Below, piece by piece: positions 9,309 to 18,328 of a stretch of 64,000 nt of DNA. The stretch covers positions 87,986-151,985 of the forward strand of contig JAJDUU010000025.1 in the NCBI GenBank assembly GCA_022826485.1. The letters are read 5' to 3'. The stretch comes from Chloroflexota bacterium. GTDB lineage: Bacteria; Chloroflexota; UBA11872. The notes below the pieces were generated by a model. That model did not search any database and had not been told where the DNA came from. It saw only the letters and a list, made by a program, of their open reading frames with translations. The stretch's first letter is position 1. The number at the start of each line of letters is the position of its first letter. The position numbers and the translations under genes were made by a program.

Positions 9309-10358
9309 GTGGTGAGCGCGACCGTCCGACGCCGAGCCGGCGTTGCGTTTCTCCTCACGCTCGTCGCGATTCTTGGCTCGGCCTGCCTGCTGCCGGCGGG
9401 CGGCATCCCCTTGCGACTCGCCTGGCCGGCCGCCGGTAGTGCGGCGGAGCCCACCGCCGCCGTCGCCTCACAGGACTCGCACGTCAGCCCAACGCCGCAG
9501 GCCGGATTCAGCGCCGAGCCTCAGCTGGCGACTCCGAATGCCGCGGAAGCCGAGGCGCCGGACGCCGTCGGGGTCACGGTGACGTTGGGACGGTCGGTCG
9601 AAGGACGGCCGCTCAACGTCGTCGAGATCGGCGCCGGACCGCGCTGGATTGCCGTGATCGGCGGCATTCATCAGGGCAACGAGGCGAACACCACCGTTCT
9701 CGCCCATCTGTTGCTCGAACACTTCCGCGCCAATCCCGACCAGATTCCCGATGGCGTGGGGCTGGCGCTGATTCCCGACCTCAACCCCGACGGCGCCGTG
9801 GCGGGCACGCGCGAAAACGCGAACGGGGTCGATCTCAACCGCAACTGGGACGCCGGCTGGCAGCCCGACAGCTACGGCCCCTCCGGTCTGGTTGTCGGCG
9901 GGGGCGGCACGGCGCCGTTCTCGGAGCCGGAAACGCGCCTGCTCGCGCGCTATCTGGTGGCCAGGCCGTTTCTCGCGGCGATCTTCTATCACAGTAAGGG
10001 TGCCCTGGTCGTGGCGGGTCATGGCGACGACGGCGGCTCGGCCGAGCTCGCGCGCGTGATCGCCATTGCCGCGCAATACCTCCATCTCACGGAATGGACG
10101 GCATATCCGCTCAGCGGCCAAGCGACCGACTACCTCGCCAATCGAGGCATATACGCGGTGGACATTGAGTTGAGCAACTACACCGATCCGGACTTCACAC
10201 GCAATCTGCGTGGTCTGAACGCGGCCCTGGCGTGGGCGCAGACGCTGGACGTCCCCCCAGGCGCCGAGCGAGATATCCCGGCCCAGATTTCCGATCGCTG
10301 CGGGTGCCGGTTGGGCGTGGACTGCGCGGGTTTCGATCTGGCGCTGTGCCTGTGGTGA
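9309..10358 (+). CDS. M14 zinc carboxypeptidase (MpaA-like), secreted or lipoprotein
   Basis: LGRSVEGRPL, GGIHQGNE, LNPDG, RENANGVDLNRNW, FSEPET, IFYHS. Confidence 0.85.
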   Translation: MVSATVRRRAGVAFLLTLVAILGSACLLPAGGIPLRLAWPAAGSAAEPTAAVASQDSHVSPTPQAGFSAEPQLATPNAAEAEAPDAVGVTVTLGRSVEGRPLNVVEIGAGPRWIAVIGGIHQGNEANTTVLAHLLLEHFRANPDQIPDGVGLALIPDLNPDGAVAGTRENANGVDLNRNWDAGWQPDSYGPSGLVVGGGGTAPFSEPETRLLARYLVARPFLAAIFYHSKGALVVAGHGDDGGSAELARVIAIAAQYLHLTEWTAYPLSGQATDYLANRGIYAVDIELSNYTDPDFTRNLRGLNAALAWAQTLDVPPGAERDIPAQISDRCGCRLGVDCAGFDLALCLW

Positions 10359-10455
10359 TGATCGCCGGGCTGGACGGTGGCCGAGCCTTCGTTGAGGGGC
10401 GGCCCCGTTGCCTAGAATCGGGTAGAACCGCTTGGACCCGAGGAGCCCCCAGCAC

Positions 10456-10992
10456 ATGCCGATGAACGACGACTTGGCCGACGCGCTGAATGCGCAGATT
10501 ACCCATGAGTTCAACGCCTCCTACATCTACCTGGGGATGGCGGCCTACTTCGAGTCCCTGGACCTCGACGGCTTCGCCGGCTGGATGCGGGCGCAGAGCG
10601 CGGAGGAGTGGGACCACGGGATGCGCATTTTCAACCACCTGGCCGCTCGGGATGTGCCCATCACGTTGGCCGCGCTCCTCAAGCCCAAATCGAGCTATGA
10701 CGGCCCGCCGGCCGCCATAGCGGCCGCGCTGGCCTACGAGCAAGGCAACACGCGCGCCGTCAATGCGCTCTATGCGAGGTCGATTGAGTGCGGCGACTAC
10801 CAGGCCAAGTCGCTGATGGACTGGTTCGTCAACGAGCAGATCGAGGAGGAGGACACGCTGCGCACCCTGCTCAGCCAGCTCAAGATTGCCGGCAACGACG
10901 GCGCCGGGCTGCTGATCCTCGATCGTGAGCTTGGCGCCCGGCAGCCGGCGGAGCCGGGCGGCGAGGACATGGGGGGCGAAACCGCGGGATAA
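10456..10992 (+). CDS. ftnA: Non-haem ferritin
   Basis: LNAQITHEFNASYIYLGMAAYF, EEWDHGM, WFVNEQIEEE; AGGAG RBS upstream of ATG 10456. Confidence 0.92.
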   Translation: MPMNDDLADALNAQITHEFNASYIYLGMAAYFESLDLDGFAGWMRAQSAEEWDHGMRIFNHLAARDVPITLAALLKPKSSYDGPPAAIAAALAYEQGNTRAVNALYARSIECGDYQAKSLMDWFVNEQIEEEDTLRTLLSQLKIAGNDGAGLLILDRELGARQPAEPGGEDMGGETAG

Positions 10993-11026
10993 GCGGGGCT
11001 CCTCGGGATCCGTCGTTCCCGCGGAG

Positions 11027-11159
11027 TGAGACCCTTGCGTCACCCCTCCGTCATTCCGGCGGAGGCCGGAATCCAGTTCGGCCCAATCTGGCGGCGTTCG
11101 GGATGCTTGGCGTCGGGTGGGTCTCAGACCCGCCCCTACCGGACTCTGCAAAGGTCTCA
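11027..11159. mobile_element. Putative MITE (133 bp) inserted in a REP-like repeat
   Basis: Ends TGAGACCCTTGC / GCAAAGGTCTCA (11 of 12 bp inverted match), flanked by GGAG at 11023-11026 and 11160-11163; removing it restores CCGTCGTTCCCGCGGAGGCGGGAATCTAG. Confidence 0.7.
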
Positions 11160-11344
11160 GGAGGCGGGAATCTAGCCCCCGTCCCGCAGGAGTCGAATCT
11201 AGGGTCGTCGAGGGCATTCGCGGGCAGCGTGCGTTATTTGCGCCTGTGGACGGCAATCCAAGCGAATACCCGCCAACGGCTGCCGGCCGTTGCGTCATAA
11301 TCCTGCATTAGCCAGGGTCGAATCGCGATCAAGGTAGGGATCCC

Positions 11345-12478
11345 ATGGTGTCGATTACCCCAAGCGTGCCGCTGGTGGAGCCGCTCCCCGAACGGCAAGT
11401 CACGGCCGCCCCGACGGTGCCGCAGGTGCCGCCGCTGACCGAGAGCCAAATCGCCCAGTTCAAGCGCGACGGCTTTCTCGTGCTGCCCGACGCCCTCGAT
11501 GCCGAGTTGTGCCGCCGCGCGCGGGACGATATGTGGGAGGCGATCGGCACCTACCTCCCCCGCATGAAGCGCGGCGACCCCTCGACGTGGACCCCGATCA
11601 CCGACGAGGAAACGACCAACTTCCCGGTCGCCTATCACGGCGGCCAGCCCTATTTCGGCGGCGGCGGAACGCGTTACTACGTGCGCAACGGCTCCAAGGA
11701 CTACATGCTCGACCTGGGCCCACGGGCGCTCTGGACCGTGGCCGAGCAACTCCTCGGCAAGGGCACTGTCGTGTGGCCGGCCGGTCGAGACGAGTCCGGG
11801 TCCACCACTGGTCCCTGCCTGATGAGCGACGAGGCGATGGAAGTGTTGTACGGCCAAGACTTGGACTCCTGGCCGTCGCTGCCGACGTTCCAGACGCAGA
11901 CCCTGCGCCTGCCTCAGCAAGGTCTCGAGTTGCTAACCGGGCAGGGCACGCGCGGCCTCTACTGCACGCTGCCGAATAGCCCGGACCCGGGCCCTAACTG
12001 GCGCGGCGCGCATTCAGACGGCTCGTCCTATGGCCGGTTCCGGCTCAACTTCGCAGCCTATATCGACGACCTGCCGCCCGCGTCCGGCGGTTTCACCGTG
12101 TGGCCGGGCAGCCACACGCGGATCTGGGAGCACCACTGGAAGACGTTCCACGCCGGTGAAACACACGTTGGCCGGCGCCACAACGCGCGCAAGCTGGGTG
12201 GCCACCAGCGCTTGGCCGATCCCATCGTTGAAGCCGTGAAGGCCGACACCGCGGCAGTCGACACCTACGGCCCGACCGGCTCGGTGGTGCTGTGGCACCA
12301 CAAGATCCTGCACGTCCCCGGCCAGAACACCTCGAACGACGTGATCCGCCAGGCCACGATCTACGGGTTCATGAAGTCGCCCGAGAGCCTCTCCGACGAG
12401 ATGGCCATGACCGACGCCGGCGGCGACATCTGGCGCGATTGGTCGGACGAAGTGCGCGACATCGACGAGGGGGCGTAG
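11345..12478 (+). CDS. PhyH-family Fe(II)/2-oxoglutarate dioxygenase
   Basis: LTESQIAQFKRDGFLVLP, HSD triad motif, GGFTVWPGSH, GSVVLWHHKILHVPGQN..R. Confidence 0.88.
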   Translation: MVSITPSVPLVEPLPERQVTAAPTVPQVPPLTESQIAQFKRDGFLVLPDALDAELCRRARDDMWEAIGTYLPRMKRGDPSTWTPITDEETTNFPVAYHGGQPYFGGGGTRYYVRNGSKDYMLDLGPRALWTVAEQLLGKGTVVWPAGRDESGSTTGPCLMSDEAMEVLYGQDLDSWPSLPTFQTQTLRLPQQGLELLTGQGTRGLYCTLPNSPDPGPNWRGAHSDGSSYGRFRLNFAAYIDDLPPASGGFTVWPGSHTRIWEHHWKTFHAGETHVGRRHNARKLGGHQRLADPIVEAVKADTAAVDTYGPTGSVVLWHHKILHVPGQNTSNDVIRQATIYGFMKSPESLSDEMAMTDAGGDIWRDWSDEVRDIDEGA

Positions 12479-12496
12479 GAACCCTGCTCGTTGAAT

Positions 12497-12716
12497 CCCT
12501 TCTCCCTGGAAGGGGCAAGGTGAGGATGGGGCCCCTCCGTCATACCGGCGAATAGCCTGCCCCGTACTTGATACGGGGCCGGAATCCAGTCCGGTCAGAC
12601 GCGGCGGCGCGCTGGAGCCTTGGCGTAGGGTCGGGTTTCAAACCCGCTCATTCGGGGTTGCGCAAACGACTCCTGCAAGGGCGCAGGCGAAGGCCTGTCC
12701 CAAACTCGATACGGGG
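12497..12716. repeat. Mosaic of small palindromic repeats
   Basis: CCCTTCTCCC..GGGGCAAGGTGAGGATGGGG (12497-12531); family A repeat with 24-bp insert (12537-12589); GTAGGGTCGGGTTTCAAACCCGC (12625-12647); degenerate 24-bp module (12693-12716). Confidence 0.7.
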
Positions 12717-12806
12717 CGACCGGATCGGTGCCAGCCTCGGGGATGCTCGGACTTGAGGCTCGCGCTCGTCAACTAGGCTTGTGCAATCCGCACTCAGCCT
12801 CAACGT

Positions 12807-13169
12807 ATGACGAAGCGCCTCCGTCAACGGGCCACGGCGGTCGTGTTCCGCGACGACCGGGTGCTGCTGGTCCTCCTCGTCAGCGACGCGGCCGGGATCT
12901 TCATGCTGCCCGGCGGCGGCGGCGAGCCCGGCGAGCGGCCCGAGGCGGCGGTCGTCCGCGAGCTGCGCGAGGAGACGGGCCTCACCGCGACCCGAACGGA
13001 ATACCAGTTCTCATGGGACAGCGCCGTCAACCGGCACCTGGTCTATCTGGTCGAGGCGGAAGGCGACGTAGAAATCGGCCCCGAGATCAGCGACCACCGC
13101 TGGTGGGACCGGCGAGAGCCGCTGCCAATCTACCCGCACGTCGCCGAGGCGCTCGAGCGTCTGAGCTAG
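12807..13169 (+). CDS. NUDIX hydrolase
   Basis: Nudix box PGGGGEPGERPEAAVVRELREETG. Confidence 0.9.
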   Translation: MTKRLRQRATAVVFRDDRVLLVLLVSDAAGIFMLPGGGGEPGERPEAAVVRELREETGLTATRTEYQFSWDSAVNRHLVYLVEAEGDVEIGPEISDHRWWDRREPLPIYPHVAEALERLS

Positions 13170-13257
13170 CGCCGTATCCGCTGCCGATGTCGGCAGCCCT
13201 TGGCGCGGGCGCCGTCCGGTCCCGGATCAATGCCGGCTGAGGCCAGAGGCTCGATCG

Positions 13258-14154
13258 CTAGGTGCTTTGCAAGAGCTGGCCGATCAGAAAGTCCGCGTAG
13301 GCCAGCGAGTCGGCGTCGATGGTGACGGTGGGGTTGCGTAGGGTGGGGTGCTCTAGGAGGCCGCGGGCGGCGAGCAGGCGCTTTTCGAGGGCGTTGAAGA
13401 ACTCCATGTCGGAGAGGCCGAAGGCCAGCCACGGCACGAGCGGCTCGAACGCCGCCAGCGCGTCCGCCGCCTGGCCGGCCACGGCCAGGCGCCACGCGGG
13501 CGCCAGCCGGTCGGTTAGCGCCAGGCCGGGCATGATGCCGACGATCCCGGTGGGCACCAGCTCCAGCATGTAGAGCCCGCCCCAGCCTTCGAACACCTCC
13601 ACGCGGCCGCCGGTGGCCTGGATGATGGCGCGCACCTTGGGGCCCATGCGCGGCTCTTCCAGCTTGATGTAGCGAAAGTTTGGGCAAACGTCGGCGAGCC
13701 TGGCGCAGAACTCGGCGCCGACGGAGCCGCCGCTCGGGTTCCAGTCCTGGATCAGCACCGGCGCGGTGACCGCGTCGCAGACCGTGCGCGCGAAGTCGAA
13801 CTGATCGTCGTCGGTCAGCGGGAACTGGCGCGGCAGCGCGAAGGAAATGACCTCGGCTCCGATGTCGGCGTTTTGGCGGGCGAGCTCGGCGGCGCCCTTG
13901 GCCGAGCCGTGGTTGCACTGCGCCATCAGCGGCAGGCGGCCGGCGGCCTGGTCCACGGCGACCTCGACGACTTCGAGACGCTCCGGCTCCGTGAGCTTGT
14001 AGAACTCGCTGCCGTAGGCCGGTAGGCAGATGGCGGCGGCTTCGGCGTCTACGGCGAAGTCGACCAGACGGCGCAGGGCGGCCGCGTCGACGGCTTCGCT
14101 TCCCGGGACGAACGGCGTCGGGACGATTGGAACGACGCCCGAGATCGACTTCAC
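13258..14154 (-). CDS. DapA/dihydrodipicolinate synthase family aldolase
   Basis: GVVPIVPTPF, PAYGSEFYKLTEPER, LIQD, RYIKLEE (Schiff-base Lys); start set at GTG 14154. Confidence 0.85.
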   Translation of the reverse strand: MKSISGVVPIVPTPFVPGSEAVDAAALRRLVDFAVDAEAAAICLPAYGSEFYKLTEPERLEVVEVAVDQAAGRLPLMAQCNHGSAKGAAELARQNADIGAEVISFALPRQFPLTDDDQFDFARTVCDAVTAPVLIQDWNPSGGSVGAEFCARLADVCPNFRYIKLEEPRMGPKVRAIIQATGGRVEVFEGWGGLYMLELVPTGIVGIMPGLALTDRLAPAWRLAVAGQAADALAAFEPLVPWLAFGLSDMEFFNALEKRLLAARGLLEHPTLRNPTVTIDADSLAYADFLIGQLLQST

Positions 14155-14160
14155 GAATTT

Positions 14161-14199
14161 CCCCTCACCCCAGCCCTCTCCCACGTTGGGGAGAGGGGG
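14161..14199. repeat. CCCCTCACCCCAGCCCTCTCCC...GGGAGAGGG palindromic repeat
   Basis: Hairpin CCCTCTCCC/GGGAGAGGG; related degenerate copies at 12497 and 29463. Confidence 0.75.
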
Positions 14200-14241
14200 C
14201 TTGTCGGAACGAGCGCTCGCGCGGCGACGCGACGACCTGCC

Positions 14242-14424
14242 TCAGCTATCTCCGCCTGCCGGTTGCCCGTAGCGCGGATACCAGTAGGTCTGGTAGATGC
14301 GGAAGCACTTGTCGCTGCACACGATGACCGGCTTCCCCTTGTGCTCTTTCACCATCTCCTGCACTGGGATCAAGATGCCGCAGCTTTGGCAGCGCGGCAT
14401 TTCGTCCACTTCACGTTGCGGCAT
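14242..14424 (-). CDS. Small Cys4 (TRASH/YHS-like) metal-binding protein
   Basis: MPRCQSCGILIP...VIVCSDKCFRIY; overlaps the 3' end of hydantoinase B; start is 14424 or 14400. Confidence 0.7.
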   Translation of the reverse strand: MPQREVDEMPRCQSCGILIPVQEMVKEHKGKPVIVCSDKCFRIYQTYWYPRYGQPAGGDS

Positions 14425-16213
14425 GCGACATCTCCTCTCGCTTGAGGCGCGTGGCGTCGGCATCGATCACGCCCGCTCCGTCCAGCACCACGCCATAGGT
14501 CTGCTCGGCTGCCTGCGCGTCGATCAGCTCGTCGGCGACGTCCTGGCGCACCAGCTCGGGTTGCCGCTCGTGGGGAGCGCCGTAGCCGCCGCCCCCGGGC
14601 GTGCAGAGCATGATCAGGTCGCCCTCGTCGAGCTCGACGTTCGAGAACTTGCCCGCCGAGATGCGGTCGTACAGGTCCTTGGCCGAGAGCCAGCGGTCGG
14701 ACCCCGCCGTCTTGAACAGCAGCGCCGCGTTGCCCGCGGGTTCTCCGCCCTTGAGGCCCCAGGGCCTGAACCAGGTGCGGTTCACGTGGGCGCTGATGGT
14801 GATCGGCGCCAGGCAGCGCCAGATGCGCCGCACGCCGAATCCGCCGCGGTGCGCGCCCGGCCCGGTGCTCTCGGGGATGACGCTGTATTCCTCGATGCGC
14901 ACCGGATAGCGAACCTCGATAACCTCGCAGGGCGAGTTCAGGCAGTTGCCGTTCTTCGTCACCATCGCGTCGTTGCCGTCGGCGTCGATGCGTCCCCCGC
15001 AGCCCATGCCCTCGATGTGCAGCAGCACGAACGGCTCGCCGGTATCGATGTTGGTGCCGTAGATGCCCAGCAAGCCGCTGGTTCCGCCGTCGCAGGCTTG
15101 GCTGCGGTCGCTCATCTGCGAGAAGGCGGCGAAGAGCACGTCCATGGTGTTCGGGTAGGTGTCCGAGTTGCCGCCCACGCACGATCCGGGGTAGTTGACG
15201 TTCACCACCGTGCCCGGCGGGGCGACGATGGCGATGGGCCGGTAGGCGCCGTGGTTCCAGGGGATGTCGTCGGGAATCATGTGGAAGATCGTGGCGTAGG
15301 TCGCGGATGCGGTCGTGCCGAACGACTGGTTGATCGCGCCGGCGGATTGCGGGTCGGACCCGGTGTAGTCCACCACGATCTCGTCTCCGCGCACGTTGAC
15401 TTCTGCCGCGAACCGATAGGACGTGTCGGGCAGCACGCCGTCGTCTTCGATGATCCCTTCGGCGGCATAGGCGCCGTCGGGCATGCGCGCGATCGCCTGC
15501 CGCATCATCACCTCGGACACGTCTTTGATCTGCTCCGACAGCAGGTCGAATCGGTCGATCCCCAGGCGGTCGATGAGGTCGACGATGCGTCGCTCGGCCA
15601 GGTAGGTCGAGCCCACCATCGCCATCAGGTCGCCGCGCGAGACCTTGGGCGTGCGCACGTTGGACGTGATGATCGCGAAGATGTCCTCCACCGGCTCGTC
15701 GTTCTTGTAAATCTTGATCGGCGGCAGCCGCAGGCCCTCCTGAAAGATGTTGCGCGTGTCGCCAAAAGCCGCCGGCACCATGCCGCCGATGTCGGTCATG
15801 TGCGCGATGTTGGCTGCGTAAGCCACCACCTCGTCCTTGTAGAAGCAGGGCTTGAGCGTCATGAACTCCGGCATGTGGCAGCCGCCGCGATAGGGATCGT
15901 TGTGGAGGATCACGTCGCCGGGATGCATGTTCTCGGGGCCGACTTCCTTGATGGCCCACTCGACGGTGTGCACGATCGCGCCGATGTGCGCCGGGCAAAA
16001 GTCGCCCTGGGCGATCATCTGGCCGGCGGCGTCGAACACCACGCAGGAGAAGTCCCGCGCCTCGTTGAACATCGTCGAGTAGGAGGTGCGCAGCATGGCC
16101 GCGCCCATCTCTTCGCAGGTGCCGATCAGGTAGTTGCGCGTGACCTCGAGCTGGACCGGGTCGTCGATGTTGAGGTCGGCGACGCTGCGTTTGGCGGATG
16201 TGTCCTGCACCAT
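14411..16213 (-). CDS. Hydantoinase B / oxoprolinase family subunit
   Basis: EEMGAAMLRTSYSTMFNEARDFSC, HNDPYRGGCH, HMTDIGG, FQEGLRLPP, GPGAHRGG, TPGGGGYG. Confidence 0.93.
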   Translation of the reverse strand: MVQDTSAKRSVADLNIDDPVQLEVTRNYLIGTCEEMGAAMLRTSYSTMFNEARDFSCVVFDAAGQMIAQGDFCPAHIGAIVHTVEWAIKEVGPENMHPGDVILHNDPYRGGCHMPEFMTLKPCFYKDEVVAYAANIAHMTDIGGMVPAAFGDTRNIFQEGLRLPPIKIYKNDEPVEDIFAIITSNVRTPKVSRGDLMAMVGSTYLAERRIVDLIDRLGIDRFDLLSEQIKDVSEVMMRQAIARMPDGAYAAEGIIEDDGVLPDTSYRFAAEVNVRGDEIVVDYTGSDPQSAGAINQSFGTTASATYATIFHMIPDDIPWNHGAYRPIAIVAPPGTVVNVNYPGSCVGGNSDTYPNTMDVLFAAFSQMSDRSQACDGGTSGLLGIYGTNIDTGEPFVLLHIEGMGCGGRIDADGNDAMVTKNGNCLNSPCEVIEVRYPVRIEEYSVIPESTGPGAHRGGFGVRRIWRCLAPITISAHVNRTWFRPWGLKGGEPAGNAALLFKTAGSDRWLSAKDLYDRISAGKFSNVELDEGDLIMLCTPGGGGYGAPHERQPELVRQDVADELIDAQAAEQTYGVVLDGAGVIDADATRLKREEMSHAAT

Positions 16214-16214
16214 C

Positions 16215-18239
16215 TCACTCCACCTCCAGAATCACGCTGCCCTGCGGCTCGACCCGCGCCGACCAGTTGGGCGGAACGATCGCCGTGGCGTCGTCCTCCA
16301 CGATCATCGCCGGACCCTTGAAGGTATTGCCCGCCCGCAAGTCGTCGCGGTGATAGAACGGCGTCGGCAGCAGACCGTCGGCTTCGGTGAAGTAGACCTC
16401 GCCCACCTTGACCGGCGCCGGCATGGGGCCGGTTGGCGTATCGGGCATGGCGACCTCGCGACGCCGGGCGATGGCCGTCAGGCGCATGTTGACGATTTCG
16501 AACGCCGATTCCGGGAAGCTCCAGCCGAACTGCCGGTCGTGCTCGGCGTCGAAGGCCTCGCGGGCGGCCGCGATGTCCTCGGCGGTGATGGCGCCGCCGG
16601 CGACCGGGACCTCGAGCTCCCAATTCTGCCCGTAGTAGCGCAGGTCCAGGCTGCGCTGCATGGCCGGCGCATCGCCGAAGCCCTCGCGCGCGAAGTCGTC
16701 GCGCGCGCGCTGCTCCAGATCGTCGAAGTCGCGCTGCACGGTCTCGACGTCGATGTTGTCGGAATAGGTGATGCGCGTCTGCATGTAGTCGAACCTGGTG
16801 TCGGCCATCAGCGCGCCCAGGGCGCTGAACGCGCCGGGGAACGGCGGCACGACGACGCGTTGCATGCCCAGGTGATCGGCCAGGTAGGCGCCGTGCAGCG
16901 GCCCGGCGCCGCCGAAGGCGACGAGGGCGAATTCGCGCGGGTCGATGCCCTGGTCGATGGTGAGCAAGCGCATGGTCTCGGCCATGTTGCTGTTCATGAT
17001 CTCGAGAATGCCCGCCGCCGCGCGCTCCGCCGAGAACCCCAGCTGCGAGCCGATGCGTTCCACCGCCGTTCGAGCCGCCTCGGGCACCAGCTGCACGTCG
17101 CCGCCAAGCTTGAACGCCGGGTCGAGTCGTCCCAGCACCACGTTGGCGTCGGTTGAGGTCGGCTCGGTTCCGCCGCGTCCGTAGCTCGCCGGACCCGGGT
17201 CGGCGCCCGCGCTCTGGGGACCGACCTTGAGCAGCCCGGCGGCATCGAGCCAGGCGATGCTGCCCCCGCCGGCGCCGATGGAGCGGATGTCGAGCATGGG
17301 CGTGGCGATGGGGATGCCGAACTCCAGCTCGGTGGTCGTGGTTTGCGCGGCGCGCCCGCCGGCTACGAGGCACGCGTCAAAGCTGGTGCCTCCGATGTCG
17401 GCGGTCATCAGCGGGTCGAGCCTCAGGTCTTGGCCCAGTTGCAGGCTGCCGATCACGCCGCCCGCCGGACCGCTCTGAATCATGGTGACAGGCTCGGCCT
17501 TGGCGGTTGCGGTGGCCATGACGCCGCCGTTGCTCCGCATGATCAGCAGACCGCGCGCGCCGCGGCGGTCCAGCTCCTCTTCGAGCGAGGTCAGGTATTC
17601 GTCGATGCGCGGCTTGAGGTAGGCGTCGATCACCGTCGTGCTCGTGCGCTCGAACTCGCGCCACTGTGGGAATACGTCCGAGCTGATGGAGACATAGGCC
17701 TCGGGGTAAAGCTCGTGCACGATCTCGCGAGTGCGGCGTTCGTGCTCCGGGTTCAGGAAGGAGAAGAGATAGCTGACGGCGATGGCCTTGACTTCCTCGG
17801 CGCGCAAGCGCTCCACCGCGGCCACCACGTCTGCTTCCGCCAGCGCCTGCACGACCTCGCCGTGCGCGCCGATTCGCTCGCGAACCTCCAGGCTGAGCGC
17901 GCGATCCACCAGGTGCCGCGGCTTGCGCCAGTGCAGGTCGAACGACTCCGGGCGCACGATGCGCTGGATGCGCAGCACGTCCCGAAAGCCCTGCGTGGTG
18001 ATGAGCCCGATGCGCGGCCCGCGGCGCTCGATGAGCATGTTGGTGCCGACGGTGGTGCCGTGCACGAAGTACTCGATGGCCGCCGGGTCGATTTCGGCTT
18101 TCGCCAGCGCGTCGAAGATTCCTTGCGATGGCGAGGCCGGCGTCGTGAGCGACTTTGCGACCTGCAGTCCGGTGTCGCCATCAGTGGCGATCAGGTCCGT
18201 GAACGTGCCGCCCATGTCGACCGCGACGTTATGTGGCAC
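16215..18239 (-). CDS. Hydantoinase A / oxoprolinase family ATP-binding subunit
   Basis: VDMGGTFTD, HGTTVGTN, EFERTSTT, SGPAGG, DIGGTSFD, IGAGGGSIA, VGPQSAGADPGPASY, FGGAGPLH. Confidence 0.93.
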   Translation of the reverse strand: MPHNVAVDMGGTFTDLIATDGDTGLQVAKSLTTPASPSQGIFDALAKAEIDPAAIEYFVHGTTVGTNMLIERRGPRIGLITTQGFRDVLRIQRIVRPESFDLHWRKPRHLVDRALSLEVRERIGAHGEVVQALAEADVVAAVERLRAEEVKAIAVSYLFSFLNPEHERRTREIVHELYPEAYVSISSDVFPQWREFERTSTTVIDAYLKPRIDEYLTSLEEELDRRGARGLLIMRSNGGVMATATAKAEPVTMIQSGPAGGVIGSLQLGQDLRLDPLMTADIGGTSFDACLVAGGRAAQTTTTELEFGIPIATPMLDIRSIGAGGGSIAWLDAAGLLKVGPQSAGADPGPASYGRGGTEPTSTDANVVLGRLDPAFKLGGDVQLVPEAARTAVERIGSQLGFSAERAAAGILEIMNSNMAETMRLLTIDQGIDPREFALVAFGGAGPLHGAYLADHLGMQRVVVPPFPGAFSALGALMADTRFDYMQTRITYSDNIDVETVQRDFDDLEQRARDDFAREGFGDAPAMQRSLDLRYYGQNWELEVPVAGGAITAEDIAAAREAFDAEHDRQFGWSFPESAFEIVNMRLTAIARRREVAMPDTPTGPMPAPVKVGEVYFTEADGLLPTPFYHRDDLRAGNTFKGPAMIVEDDATAIVPPNWSARVEPQGSVILEVE

Positions 18240-18328
18240 TCATGCGCTCCAATTCAGATCAGGTCAGGGACAGACGAACCCTGACGGGCGTTTCGGCGGC
18301 GCCGGCAAATTATGCGGCAGGCGCCCGC

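Noticed and set aside
14297-16321. Long antisense or overlapping ORFs (also 21862-23385, 23977-25893, 34936-37110, 42791-44395 and many others)
   Set aside because: Shadow frames of real genes in high-GC DNA; no recognisable motifs and composition typical of reverse-frame translation.
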